Made by a program: the position numbers and the translations under genes. From Candidatus Bathyarchaeia archaeon (lineage in GTDB: Archaea > Thermoproteota > Bathyarchaeia > Bathyarchaeales > Bathycorpusculaceae), in the NCBI GenBank assembly GCA_049521795.1, contig JBEKOM010000001.1, positions 704,001 through 768,000 of the forward strand: a stretch of DNA of 64,000 bases, in the 5' to 3' direction. Below, one piece after another: positions 18,115-27,621 of this stretch. Every line of letters begins with the position of its first letter. The first letter of the stretch is position 1. Below the pieces are notes generated by a model. It saw only the letters and a list, made by a program, of their open reading frames with translations, did no database searches and was not told where the DNA came from.

Positions 18115-19331
18115 TCTTCTACAGCTCCCCTCATTGATGATGAGTCTATCTTTTCCATAAATGACTTAACGTGACCGTCCAGATCTCCGGCGTTCTTCGG
18201 GGATACGAAGCACATTTCAAGTCTTTCTCCAAGGTTGATTTCGGCTAGCAGTTTTTTCAGCGAACCGATTCGTTGCTCAGCTTCCTCGTTTCCCTTTTCC
18301 AGTTTGCACTCGTCCTTTTTGCAGGCTGCTACGAGAACGCCGTCGAAACCCAAATGGAACGCCTCGAGTATGTGCAACGTGTCCACTCTGCCCGCACACG
18401 GAAGACCTTCAAACACAACGTTTTTGGTAGCTGTTTTCCGGGGCAGGTCGAGGTTGGAAAACTCGCTCCATTGACAACCCAAAACTAGGATGACCGGTTT
18501 CTTGTTCTTCTGTCTCATTCTCGGAATCAGCGAGCGATAATTGCGAATCTGCTGGGAGATAGTTTCGTACTCGAAACCGTCCAGCTCGATGGCAAGCGCT
18601 GGACAGACCGCCACACAGGTTCCACAGCCTGAACAACTCTTCAAATCTAGCTGCGGCACTTTCGCGGCTTCCATTTTTATCGCGTCGTATGGGCAGACGT
18701 AGTGGCAGTTTCCACAGCCAATACATCGGTCGCTGTCGATGTGCGCTTTTATTGACCGTTTCGATATAGCCAAAGTGTCTGGCTTAAAACCCAGCTCACT
18801 TAAGAGGCTCTGAACTAGTACAAGTCTGCGCGTGCCGATCATGCTTCCATCCTTGAACCGGCAATATTTATCTTCACAGGGCATTATCGCCAGTTTGTCT
18901 ATTCCTGATGCTAGTGCTTTGAACAAGAATTCTGGTGGCACGCGTCCGACGCACGGCAGAATCAGCGAAACAAAGTTGTCAGAGTGCCGCTTGTCCAACT
19001 CGTCCGCAGTCACTTTCTCAGAGGAACCAGCACCCCGACAAGTCAGAAGTAGCTTATCTGAGCCCGTCTTACGCATGGTTTTCCTAATGTAACCTAGTAG
19101 TGAATCAGCATTGTAATAGATCGTCTCTATCGCAGAAGCTGGGCAAGCGCTGGAACAGATGCCGCAAGCTTGGCACTTTTCGATGTTTAACTTGACTTCG
19201 CCAGGTTTTTCTTCGAACGATATGGCGTCGAAGGGACAGACAGACGGGCAAATCATGCACCTGCCGCAATTGTCATCACTTATTCTTACGCTGGCTTCCA
19301 TCTGCATCTTTTCACTCGGATTTTCGGTCAT
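18111..19331 (-). CDS. Tandem (2x[4Fe-4S] ferredoxin + MvhD/FlpD [2Fe-2S]) x2 electron-transfer protein
   Basis: Four CxxCxxCxxxCP motifs in two pairs. Two MvhD-like domains (TC...PCVGRV...PCEDKYC and GCQW...PCAGRV...GFDGVLVAACKKDEC). 4-nt overlap with metVF. Confidence 0.85.
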   Translation of the reverse strand: MTENPSEKMQMEASVRISDDNCGRCMICPSVCPFDAISFEEKPGEVKLNIEKCQACGICSSACPASAIETIYYNADSLLGYIRKTMRKTGSDKLLLTCRGAGSSEKVTADELDKRHSDNFVSLILPCVGRVPPEFLFKALASGIDKLAIMPCEDKYCRFKDGSMIGTRRLVLVQSLLSELGFKPDTLAISKRSIKAHIDSDRCIGCGNCHYVCPYDAIKMEAAKVPQLDLKSCSGCGTCVAVCPALAIELDGFEYETISQQIRNYRSLIPRMRQKNKKPVILVLGCQWSEFSNLDLPRKTATKNVVFEGLPCAGRVDTLHILEAFHLGFDGVLVAACKKDECKLEKGNEEAEQRIGSLKKLLAEINLGERLEMCFVSPKNAGDLDGHVKSFMEKIDSSSMRGAVEE

Positions 19332-19602
19332 TTCAACCCTCCTAGAACCGACTTTGGCAGGTCAATGATGGTGACAGTTCGGCCGCTCAACCTCGGATCG
19401 TCTCAAGAAGTTTGATACCAGAGTAGGCCTTTACAGATAAATGTTACTCGATGAACTCGAAAAAACTATCAACGTGCAGTGTGAAGTCAGATTGTCAAAA
19501 CAGCTAAGGACTGGCTGTGAATATCTCGAAGAGGAACTAGAGTGTATCATGGAGCGGGAAGGGATGAACGCGGCTGTTGATCAAGCACGCATGAACGGAG
19601 AG

Positions 19603-20397
19603 ATGTTTCCGAGGTTCGTTGACGCACATGTCCATCTCTCAGACAAAGAATATGCAGGATGCATCGACGAAATTATACAGGAAGCTCGAATGGCAAATGT
19701 TGTTGCATTGGTCTCAAATTCTGTTGACATGGAAACTAGCATCAAAAGTCTGGAGTTGGCCGAAAAATATGCTGGCCTGGTCTATGTTGCAGTAGGAATC
19801 CAGCCTGCAAGCGTTGAGCACTTGGCTGAGGAGGAGCTTGAAAGAACGCTGAACTTGATTTCGACGCAAAAGACGAACAAAGCATTGGTTGCCATTGGGG
19901 AGATAGGTTTGGACTCAAATCATATGAGCAGTTGGAATGATCAGCTGAGGGTTTTTGATGAAATGCTGCACTGCGCTGAAAGAATGAGATTGCCTGTCAT
20001 AGTTCATTCAAGGGGTACTGCTGAACTGGTGATAGATAGGCTCTTATCATACAACTTGGTGAGAGTTTTGCTTCATTTTTTCACCGGCCCAGCTGATGCG
20101 TTGTCCAAAGCTATTGAGAATGGCTATTACGTCTCAGAGGGACCTGCGGCTGTGTACTCCGAAGGCATACGTGAAGTCGTGAGAAAAGTCCCGATAACGA
20201 ACCTGCTGACTGAAACCGACGGTCCTGTACGTTTCTACAAACCGCCTTTCAAAGGGAAAAGGACAACGCCCGCTTTTATCCCTGAAGTTGTGAGGGCGAT
20301 CGCAAAAATCAAAGAGACTAGTGCACAGAGTGTTGCCGAGAAGATAGCCGGCAACTTTGAGCAGTTTTTCACGTTGAAACTTAGTGTGCCAAGGTGA
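19603..20397 (+). CDS. tatD: TatD family deoxyribonuclease/metallohydrolase
   Basis: FVDAHVHL, AIGEIGLD, VIVHSR, LLHFF, LTETDGP. Start moved to ATG 19603 (GGAG RBS). Confidence 0.9.
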   Translation: MFPRFVDAHVHLSDKEYAGCIDEIIQEARMANVVALVSNSVDMETSIKSLELAEKYAGLVYVAVGIQPASVEHLAEEELERTLNLISTQKTNKALVAIGEIGLDSNHMSSWNDQLRVFDEMLHCAERMRLPVIVHSRGTAELVIDRLLSYNLVRVLLHFFTGPADALSKAIENGYYVSEGPAAVYSEGIREVVRKVPITNLLTETDGPVRFYKPPFKGKRTTPAFIPEVVRAIAKIKETSAQSVAEKIAGNFEQFFTLKLSVPR

Positions 20398-20471
20398 GTC
20401 TGTGTTCCCAATGCTAAAGAGGTAACTGGCCAAATTCGGTTTTTCTGAGGTGTATATTGCAATATCGAGCG

Positions 20472-22472
20472 TTAGGTTCTTGTTCGTTTTCTTCTGGTCA
20501 GAATTGTTACAGTTATCGTGCAGGCGATGAGTGCTGCAATCAGAGTAGTTATGAAGGGGAATTCAGGAACGACTGTTACTGGAGACTGTAGGGTAACTGT
20601 GTTGTCGTCTGTGCTGACTTCGTATGGAACCATGCTTGTCGTTGCCTTCAGTGTGTGGTTGCCGAGGAGGACTCCTGTCGTATTCCATACGAAGGTCAGA
20701 ACGCGCGACTCCCCTGTATCTAGAGTCACATTCTGCAGGCCTATCTCGACAGAATCATAATATAGCGTTACGTTGAATGTTTCCGTGTAGTTGCCAGGGT
20801 TAGCTGCTGTCACGTTGACAGATATTTCTTGGTTTTGTTGTATGAGCGTTTCATCTGGCACTATGTTGACCACGGCTACGTCATGGATGGGCATTACGAA
20901 GAAGATTTTCACGTCCGTCGCGTTGCTGTTTCCCAGACTGTCGAAAAAGTATATTCTCCAGGCTATTGCGGCAGAAGCGATCGTCTCGTTGCACCAGGTG
21001 AACTTCGCCGTCACCCAGGTGTTTGAAACTTCTCCGAGATCCTGCGGCTCGGTCAATGGCCATCTGACGTATTCCACTCCTTGCTCTGAAAAACTGCTGT
21101 GAAAGTTGTTATGGCAGAACATGGGCCAAGCGCCAGAGCCTGGGCCTATCTTAAAAGCGTAGAGGCCTCCATCGTTCGTGATGAACACACATCCGTCGCC
21201 GATGCTTGGACTGCCAAAGCCAGTACTGCTCAACGTGTAGGACCAGAGTACGCCGCCGTCAGTCTCGTTTATTGCGTAGAACGTTCCGTTCAGGGCTTGA
21301 CAGTAGATGGCTCCGCCGGCTGATGCTGGGCTGCAGTACATGTAGTTTTGCAGGGTTCCGTTGTGAAGCGGTACAGTCTGCCAAAGTTCAGTTCCTGTTG
21401 CCAGGTCGAAAGCCCACATCGTCCAATCGTTGCTGGGAATGAAAACTTTGCCATCATGAACCAGCGGGGTTCCTGTGCTTCCCTTTGCCTCAAACCATCG
21501 TATAAACTCCCCATTCGTCTCGTTCAGCACGTAAGTTGACCAGACTCCTACAGTTCTGTTGACTTCAACCTGGATAATCATTCCATCGTAGATCACTGGC
21601 GACGTGTCCCACGACGCTCCATAGTCTTGATGCCAGATCAGGTCTCCCGTCGTCGCGTTGAATGCGTACTGACCTGGTGGGTTGTAAACTGAAATGAAGA
21701 CCATGCCGCTGTCATAGGCTACGGAGCCCACGATGTCTCCTATGTCCTGGCGCCACAGCACGTGTCCGTTGGTCTTGTTCAAAGCATAGACTCCGGAGCC
21801 TGTTGTGTAAGATGTGTCGTAGGACGTTGTGTAGTATACGTACTCACCGTTAACCAGAGGCGAGCCAACCCAAGTGTTGTTGTTTGGCTCTACGAAATCC
21901 CAGATCTCTTCTCCGTTGGTCTTGTTGAGTGCCAATGCTCTGGCGAAGGGCGTGGGTTCTCCGTACACTTCCATGCATTCTCCAACGTAAACAACGTCAC
22001 CATCTATGCAGGGAGACCCGTCGCATTGCCTGACGGTAGTGTTCCAGATTATGTCGCCGTTCGTGGCGTTCACTGCGTAGAGTTTGTTGTCTCCTTTAGA
22101 AGGAGCGTAGAGCACGCCGTCCTTGTAAGTCGCTGTGCCGAAGTTGTCAAACCCGAAGACAGCGTTCTGCACCCACAGAAGTGCACTCGTTGTCTCATTT
22201 CTCCAAGTTCCTGTTTCATTCGTTGAAAGAACAGCCTTTTGCAGAGAAGATGTGTCCATGCCGTCTGCTTGCAAGGTGACGTATCCGCCTTGTGGGACTA
22301 TTAGTGCACCTTGCTGCTGTTTTCTCCATTGTGGACTGTTATTCGTGCTCAAGCGTCCCTTGACTAGACCGGCCGCTAGAACAACAACTAGCACGGAAAT
22401 GATGCTGAAAAGTGCTAACAGACATTTGCGCAAACTCGCGCCTTCCCTTAATAGACTTGATTCAACTGCCAA
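20472..22472 (-). CDS. Cell-surface PQQ-like (BamB-type) beta-propeller + CARDB protein with PEF-CTERM sorting signal
   Basis: N-terminal hydrophobic signal, about 8 YA.N..TG...W repeats, HDVAV...N.G..TETFNVTLY CARDB domain, C-terminal VPEFP + TM + RRKRTRT. Confidence 0.85.
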   Translation of the reverse strand: MAVESSLLREGASLRKCLLALFSIISVLVVVLAAGLVKGRLSTNNSPQWRKQQQGALIVPQGGYVTLQADGMDTSSLQKAVLSTNETGTWRNETTSALLWVQNAVFGFDNFGTATYKDGVLYAPSKGDNKLYAVNATNGDIIWNTTVRQCDGSPCIDGDVVYVGECMEVYGEPTPFARALALNKTNGEEIWDFVEPNNNTWVGSPLVNGEYVYYTTSYDTSYTTGSGVYALNKTNGHVLWRQDIGDIVGSVAYDSGMVFISVYNPPGQYAFNATTGDLIWHQDYGASWDTSPVIYDGMIIQVEVNRTVGVWSTYVLNETNGEFIRWFEAKGSTGTPLVHDGKVFIPSNDWTMWAFDLATGTELWQTVPLHNGTLQNYMYCSPASAGGAIYCQALNGTFYAINETDGGVLWSYTLSSTGFGSPSIGDGCVFITNDGGLYAFKIGPGSGAWPMFCHNNFHSSFSEQGVEYVRWPLTEPQDLGEVSNTWVTAKFTWCNETIASAAIAWRIYFFDSLGNSNATDVKIFFVMPIHDVAVVNIVPDETLIQQNQEISVNVTAANPGNYTETFNVTLYYDSVEIGLQNVTLDTGESRVLTFVWNTTGVLLGNHTLKATTSMVPYEVSTDDNTVTLQSPVTVVPEFPFITTLIAALIACTITVTILTRRKRTRT

Positions 22473-22572
22473 ACTATTTATTTTTGTCGTTTCTACCCTT
22501 TAGAACTCCTTCTCTCTGTTGAAACATGCTCTCAAGCTTAAGGCCGTGAGCGCACGCCTGCATTTTGTTGGT

Positions 22573-23469
22573 TCAAATGACCACGCCCATGCGGTGAAGT
22601 TCATCTAACAAGCCTGCCTTTGTCTGTTTGAGTCTAAGCCTCTGTTCAGCGTATTCGTCGCCGCTTATCTTGTCAGCTCGAAAGTCCTGGTCGAGTTTTT
22701 CCAATTGTGCATCCATGTCGGTCAGTCTTGATTTGAGCTGGTCAACGTATGAAATGGCTGCGGTCGGTTCTAATGTTTGAGCAGGTGTCAAAGCTGCTTT
22801 TATGGCTCCGTCTTCAATGCGTAGAATCCTGTCTCCTTGCCTAGCAACGTTTGGGTCATGGGTGACCATCACGATGGTCTTGCCCAGCTCTCGGCTTATC
22901 TTCACCAAGTAGTCGACCACTATTTTGACGTTAGTAGTGTCTAATTCTCCTGTTGGCTCGTCGGCTAGGATAACTGGGGCGTCGTTAGCCAGAGCCGCAG
23001 CCATCGTTATGCGTTGCTGTTCTCCGCCGCTTAATTCGTCGGGTTTATGATCCGCTCTCTGTGTTAGGCCAACTATTTCAAGGAGTTCTTGGACGCGCTC
23101 TCTTCGTTTGCTTCTTCCCGCACCTATGGCTATCATCGGCAGCTCAACGTTTTCAGCAGCTGTCAGCGTGGGAATCAGGTTGAGAGTTTGGAAGATGTGT
23201 CCCACAGTTTTTCTTCGATAATCAACGAGTTGAGAGGTCGAGAGGGCCGTTACTTGCGTGTCACCTACGACTATGGAGCCTGCGGTTGCGGCGTCTAGTC
23301 CTCCTATTATGTTCAGGAGAGTGGTCTTTCCGCTCCCACTGGGTCCGATGATTGAGACCACTTCGCCCTCTTTCACCGACATGCTCAGTCCACGCAGGGC
23401 TTGAACTTCCACTTTGCCCAAACGATACACCTTGATCAGGTCTTTCACGATTATTTCTGCGCTTTTCAA
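22573..23469 (-). CDS. LolD/MacB-type ABC transporter ATP-binding protein with C-terminal helical extension
   Basis: [31 protein letters not shown]. Confidence 0.93.
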   Translation of the reverse strand: MKSAEIIVKDLIKVYRLGKVEVQALRGLSMSVKEGEVVSIIGPSGSGKTTLLNIIGGLDAATAGSIVVGDTQVTALSTSQLVDYRRKTVGHIFQTLNLIPTLTAAENVELPMIAIGAGRSKRRERVQELLEIVGLTQRADHKPDELSGGEQQRITMAAALANDAPVILADEPTGELDTTNVKIVVDYLVKISRELGKTIVMVTHDPNVARQGDRILRIEDGAIKAALTPAQTLEPTAAISYVDQLKSRLTDMDAQLEKLDQDFRADKISGDEYAEQRLRLKQTKAGLLDELHRMGVVI

Positions 23470-26276
23470 ACTTCTCGCACCGTCCTCTCCAATCTTGAAC
23501 TGTATCTTTTTGCCATGAGAATGACCGGGATGATGGTTGACGCAAAGACGAGTACGAAAGAAATGAACAGAGTCACGATTGCGTCAGGCGGAAAGACCAC
23601 GTGCCTGTTTAAGGGAGTGAATGAATAGCTCACGGAGTTCATGGCGTTGTTTGACGCGACTATTCCGCGTACCACTATGAGTCCCACGATCGTGCCTAGA
23701 AGCATCGCGAACGTGACAACCGTCAAGCTTTCGGTGAGAAGCATAACGAGCAGTTGCTTGAATGATAGCCCTCGAACACTCATGATTGAAGCCTCACGTT
23801 TCCTCTCTCTCAAGCTGACCAACGTGACTAAGGCGGTTCCAATAGAAGCCGCCACCACCATGAAAAGCACACCCAGGCGCAGAATGCTAAGCGGTCCCAT
23901 AACGGAAAGGTTGCTCTGTTGCTCCGTAAGCTGCTCATCCACCGAGGAAACCGAGCTGAGACCGTTTATCCCAGATTCGCGAACCTGATCTGCAACAGCC
24001 TTGCTGTCCGTGCCACTCTGCAACTTGATCAGTATTTTGGCCGAGGCGGAGCGAACTAGGTCTTCTTCTAACTGGTTGTACAGTCCTTCCGGAACATAGG
24101 ACCAGTACTGACCTGGAGTTTGTGCCGATTGAAGCCCGAAAAACCCCACGACCGTCAACTCTTCCGTGTGCACTGCTCCTGTGGATGAGTCACCAAAAGT
24201 CACAGCCACAACATCGCCGACCGTCTTGTTGAGAGCTTCGGCCTGGCCGCGATCCAAAATGATGGTGTGATTGCTTGAATTCATGGCTTCAAAAGCCTTT
24301 TCAACTGAGCTACCGCTGAACAGGTCGTTCTCGTAATAAGCAGTGGAAAGCCATGTTTCTGGGTTCACCGCCCGGAACTGCACCTGCAGCTGAAATGGCC
24401 AAGCACCAAGTGAACCCGTAAAACTGTATTCTGCGATCATAGATTGGACGTGCGACACGTTGTTCCTAACGGCACTCATTATTTGCGAGGCATTTGCCGG
24501 CGAACTCAACGTAAGACTGACGTCCGAACCGACTGCCCAGCGAGCTTCGCGAACAACCAAATCTTGTTCACTCGCCAAGGTTCCAACAACCTGAAAGCTG
24601 TAGCCGATGATGAAGGCTATGAGAAACGCGACGGCGGCGGCGCGAGCAGGGTTCCTCCGAATAGCCTTGGTGGCAAGCTTACCCATATCACCCAAAAACG
24701 AGGCGGCTCTAGCCGTGATTTCCTGGAACTTCAACGACCCACTTATGAAGATTTTCGTGATGCCCCAGAAGAACAGAAACGGCCCGACGTAATTTAGTGC
24801 AAAATCGATAGCAACAACCGTTTCTAACAAGAGGAAGACGAAAGCGTTCGCTCGGAGTCCTCCGGGCGAGCGCATCAATTCCGCTTGAAGATTGATGCCT
24901 AGAAGAAAGACGACCATCTTGAAAGAACCGAGAAGAAAGGCAGCCCAAGGCCACAGCCGCCTGTACGGTTTAACCTCTTCCACGTACACGTATTCTCTCA
25001 GAGCGTCCACTGTGACCATGTTTGAAGCCCTTCTTGCTGACCGATAGACCGAAAGAAAAGTGATGGTGACGGCGAAAACTAACGTCAATATGATGGTGCC
25101 AAGACCCAACACAGGCGCGCCCATCAGTTGGGTTCCGGCGGCCGCAACAAACCATGGAGTAAAAGTGAAACTCAACAGTATGCCCAGCAAACCTCCGAGT
25201 AACCCTATCAGTGCAGCTTCAAAAAGGAACATCCACCAGAGTTGCCGCCTAGAGAACCCCTTGGTCAATAGGAGACCGATTTCTCGTCGTCTCAGGTTGA
25301 AAGACACATCAGAAACCGTCGAGCCCATGTACCAAGCAACAAAAAACACGGGCAAAGCTGCTACGATGAAGATAAAACGCATCCCAAACGACGCGCTCTG
25401 AAAATCGTTCAACGAACCGGCTAGATTGTTTTGAGCAGACAGACCGAAAGTTGAAACCCTTTCGTTGATCTGCGCCGTGATCGCTGCAACCTTGTCAGCT
25501 GAACCAGCGACGTCCCATGGGCTGATGAGGCTCGAGCGGTCAACAAAAACCAGAATCACGGTGCTGAGTGGATTATTATACTGAGATGGAAAACCATACG
25601 CGACATCGAGGAGCTTCGCGAAAGTCTTCTCCCAACTAGTAATCAAGAGATTCGGTTGTGGATAAGAAAACTGGTTCAAAAACGCCAACGAAAGCGCCTG
25701 TTCACCGAGATGAACAAAACCAACTACTTTGAGATTCACAACAAATGATAATGTGTTTAAACTTCCTGTAGCACCCTGCTGGAACACGTAAGAATAGGCG
25801 GTGATGTTTACCGAAAGAACGTCACCAACGTGAATCTTTCCAACGTCAGGGGATTCTGCCCAAACGTAGGTTTCATTTTCTCCCAAAGTGGACGTGTCAC
25901 AGACGAGAGAGTGCTCAGATACCCCAATCAAATTAGTGCTGGTCGTGAAATTGGGTCCCTCAACATAATTGAGACCTGCATTTGTGGAAATCGCCTCAAC
26001 GTGAGTTATGCCTTGCACACTTGATATCGACTTAACAGCATCTGACACGTTTTTTGAGGACAACACCGTATTCCCTGATGGACCATAGTAACCGTGATCC
26101 ACAGAAACATCAACTGGAACTTTGCTCAGCTGTTGATCAAGAGCCTGCCAAGCGGCCGTATCCGCGCCCACGTTGATGCCCGCGAAAAACGTTGATGCCA
26201 AAACGATTCCAAGCAATAAGGCTATGAACAGTCGCCACGAACGAACCAGGCGCTTGAACGTGTACGAAAGCGACAA
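23466..26276 (-). CDS. FtsX/MacB-like ABC permease (duplicated architecture)
   Basis: RRREIGLLLTKG.S and ERKREASIMSVRG.S FtsX motifs, two large extracellular domains, 4-nt overlap with the ATPase. Confidence 0.9.
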   Translation of the reverse strand: MSLSYTFKRLVRSWRLFIALLLGIVLASTFFAGINVGADTAAWQALDQQLSKVPVDVSVDHGYYGPSGNTVLSSKNVSDAVKSISSVQGITHVEAISTNAGLNYVEGPNFTTSTNLIGVSEHSLVCDTSTLGENETYVWAESPDVGKIHVGDVLSVNITAYSYVFQQGATGSLNTLSFVVNLKVVGFVHLGEQALSLAFLNQFSYPQPNLLITSWEKTFAKLLDVAYGFPSQYNNPLSTVILVFVDRSSLISPWDVAGSADKVAAITAQINERVSTFGLSAQNNLAGSLNDFQSASFGMRFIFIVAALPVFFVAWYMGSTVSDVSFNLRRREIGLLLTKGFSRRQLWWMFLFEAALIGLLGGLLGILLSFTFTPWFVAAAGTQLMGAPVLGLGTIILTLVFAVTITFLSVYRSARRASNMVTVDALREYVYVEEVKPYRRLWPWAAFLLGSFKMVVFLLGINLQAELMRSPGGLRANAFVFLLLETVVAIDFALNYVGPFLFFWGITKIFISGSLKFQEITARAASFLGDMGKLATKAIRRNPARAAAVAFLIAFIIGYSFQVVGTLASEQDLVVREARWAVGSDVSLTLSSPANASQIMSAVRNNVSHVQSMIAEYSFTGSLGAWPFQLQVQFRAVNPETWLSTAYYENDLFSGSSVEKAFEAMNSSNHTIILDRGQAEALNKTVGDVVAVTFGDSSTGAVHTEELTVVGFFGLQSAQTPGQYWSYVPEGLYNQLEEDLVRSASAKILIKLQSGTDSKAVADQVRESGINGLSSVSSVDEQLTEQQSNLSVMGPLSILRLGVLFMVVAASIGTALVTLVSLRERKREASIMSVRGLSFKQLLVMLLTESLTVVTFAMLLGTIVGLIVVRGIVASNNAMNSVSYSFTPLNRHVVFPPDAIVTLFISFVLVFASTIIPVILMAKRYSSRLERTVREV

Positions 26277-26672
26277 GTTTAGTCAACCAACAGTTTAATC
26301 CATGATCAATTTCAGTCTTTTGGTTCAGATGCCTAATCCTTCGCTCGGAACATGAAAGACAAACGATTTCAAGTTGGAAAATGCAGCGTCAATTTGAAAG
26401 CATCTGGAGAGAACAAGTCAGAACCTTCCTTTAAGAAGGAATGTTATGTAGATGAGATCTGTATACGACGTCATGCATTAGAAGAGCATCGAAGTGTGTG
26501 AAACGTGCGCTAGAAAATTGAGGTTCTTGGATTTTGAAAGTGAGAAAAAGGACAATTCAGACATTCTCATATTAGGAAGGCAAGGCTGTTAGTGAAATGG
26601 CCGCGGATATGATAACCAATAGGTCGTTACCCTAAATGTTATTAGGGCTCAGGCAAAATAACTTTCCATTAG

Positions 26673-27620
26673 GTGCCCTTTTTGGCGTCCCATCCGGTCT
26701 TGAACGTTTCGAACGTGACGAAGTATTACGGAAAATTCAAGGCTTTGGACTCTGTTTCTTTCTCCGTAGACAAAGGCTGGGTTTACGGTTATCTCGGACC
26801 AAACGGGGCTGGCAAAACAACCACTATAAGAATTATTCTGGGTCTCCTCAAGCCGAATCAAGGAGAAGTTCAGATAACAGGTGCAAATCCATCCAAAGAC
26901 CCTGTTCAGGCATTCCAGTCTGTTGGATACGCTTCCGAACTTCCAACGCTTCAAACTTTCTTCACTGCAGAGCAATTGCTTGACTTTATGGGCAAAATGT
27001 TTGGGTTGCCCACTCAGACTAGGAAAGAAAAGACTTGGCAGCTCCTCGACCTTGTCGGTTTGAAAGAGTGGGGCAAAAAGAAGATTGGAACCTACAGCAA
27101 GGGAATGGTTCAGAGGCTGTCTGTAGCCCTTGCCCTCATCAACGACCCGATGGTTCTGATTATGGACGAGCCCACCATAGGCATGGACCCGGAGGCCGCA
27201 GTTCACTTCCGAAACCTTTTCATGAATCTCTCAAAGGAAGGCAAAACCATCTTCATATCATCTCACCTCTTGGACGAGGTTCAGCGAATCTGCACTCACG
27301 TCGGAATGATAAACAAGGGAAAGATCGTTTTCAGCGGTCCAATTGAACAAGTCTTAGAAACCTTCACTCAGCAATGGGTGGTGGAAGTCGAGCTTGAAAA
27401 AGTAACTGAAAACATAGTTTCAAGCGTTAAGGCGCTTGAGTCTGTGAGCGATGTTAAGGTGGAAGGAAACAGGCTAGTCATAGGGCTGAAGGAGAAGAAG
27501 GATGTGAGGGGTCAGATTTCTTCAGAAATCTTCAGACAAAAAGGCGTGCTATTGGGCCTGAACCTTCACAAGATCACGTTGGAAGATGCTTATCTCCAAG
27601 CTCTGAAGGGAGGTCAATAG
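26673..27620 (+). CDS. ABC-2 type exporter ATP-binding protein
   Basis: GPNGAGKTT, YSKGMVQR, IMDEPT, SSHLL, C-terminal LEDAYL. Confidence 0.93.
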   Translation: MPFLASHPVLNVSNVTKYYGKFKALDSVSFSVDKGWVYGYLGPNGAGKTTTIRIILGLLKPNQGEVQITGANPSKDPVQAFQSVGYASELPTLQTFFTAEQLLDFMGKMFGLPTQTRKEKTWQLLDLVGLKEWGKKKIGTYSKGMVQRLSVALALINDPMVLIMDEPTIGMDPEAAVHFRNLFMNLSKEGKTIFISSHLLDEVQRICTHVGMINKGKIVFSGPIEQVLETFTQQWVVEVELEKVTENIVSSVKALESVSDVKVEGNRLVIGLKEKKDVRGQISSEIFRQKGVLLGLNLHKITLEDAYLQALKGGQ

Positions 27621-27621
27621 C

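Noticed and set aside
18111-19331. Possible selenocysteine recoding in the MvhD-like domains
   Set aside because: All expected ligand positions are ordinary Cys codons in an uninterrupted ORF.
19441-19602. Apparent 54-aa N-terminal extension on TatD
   Set aside because: The family starts at F.DAH.H, and an RBS precedes ATG 19603. Probably an ORF-caller over-extension.
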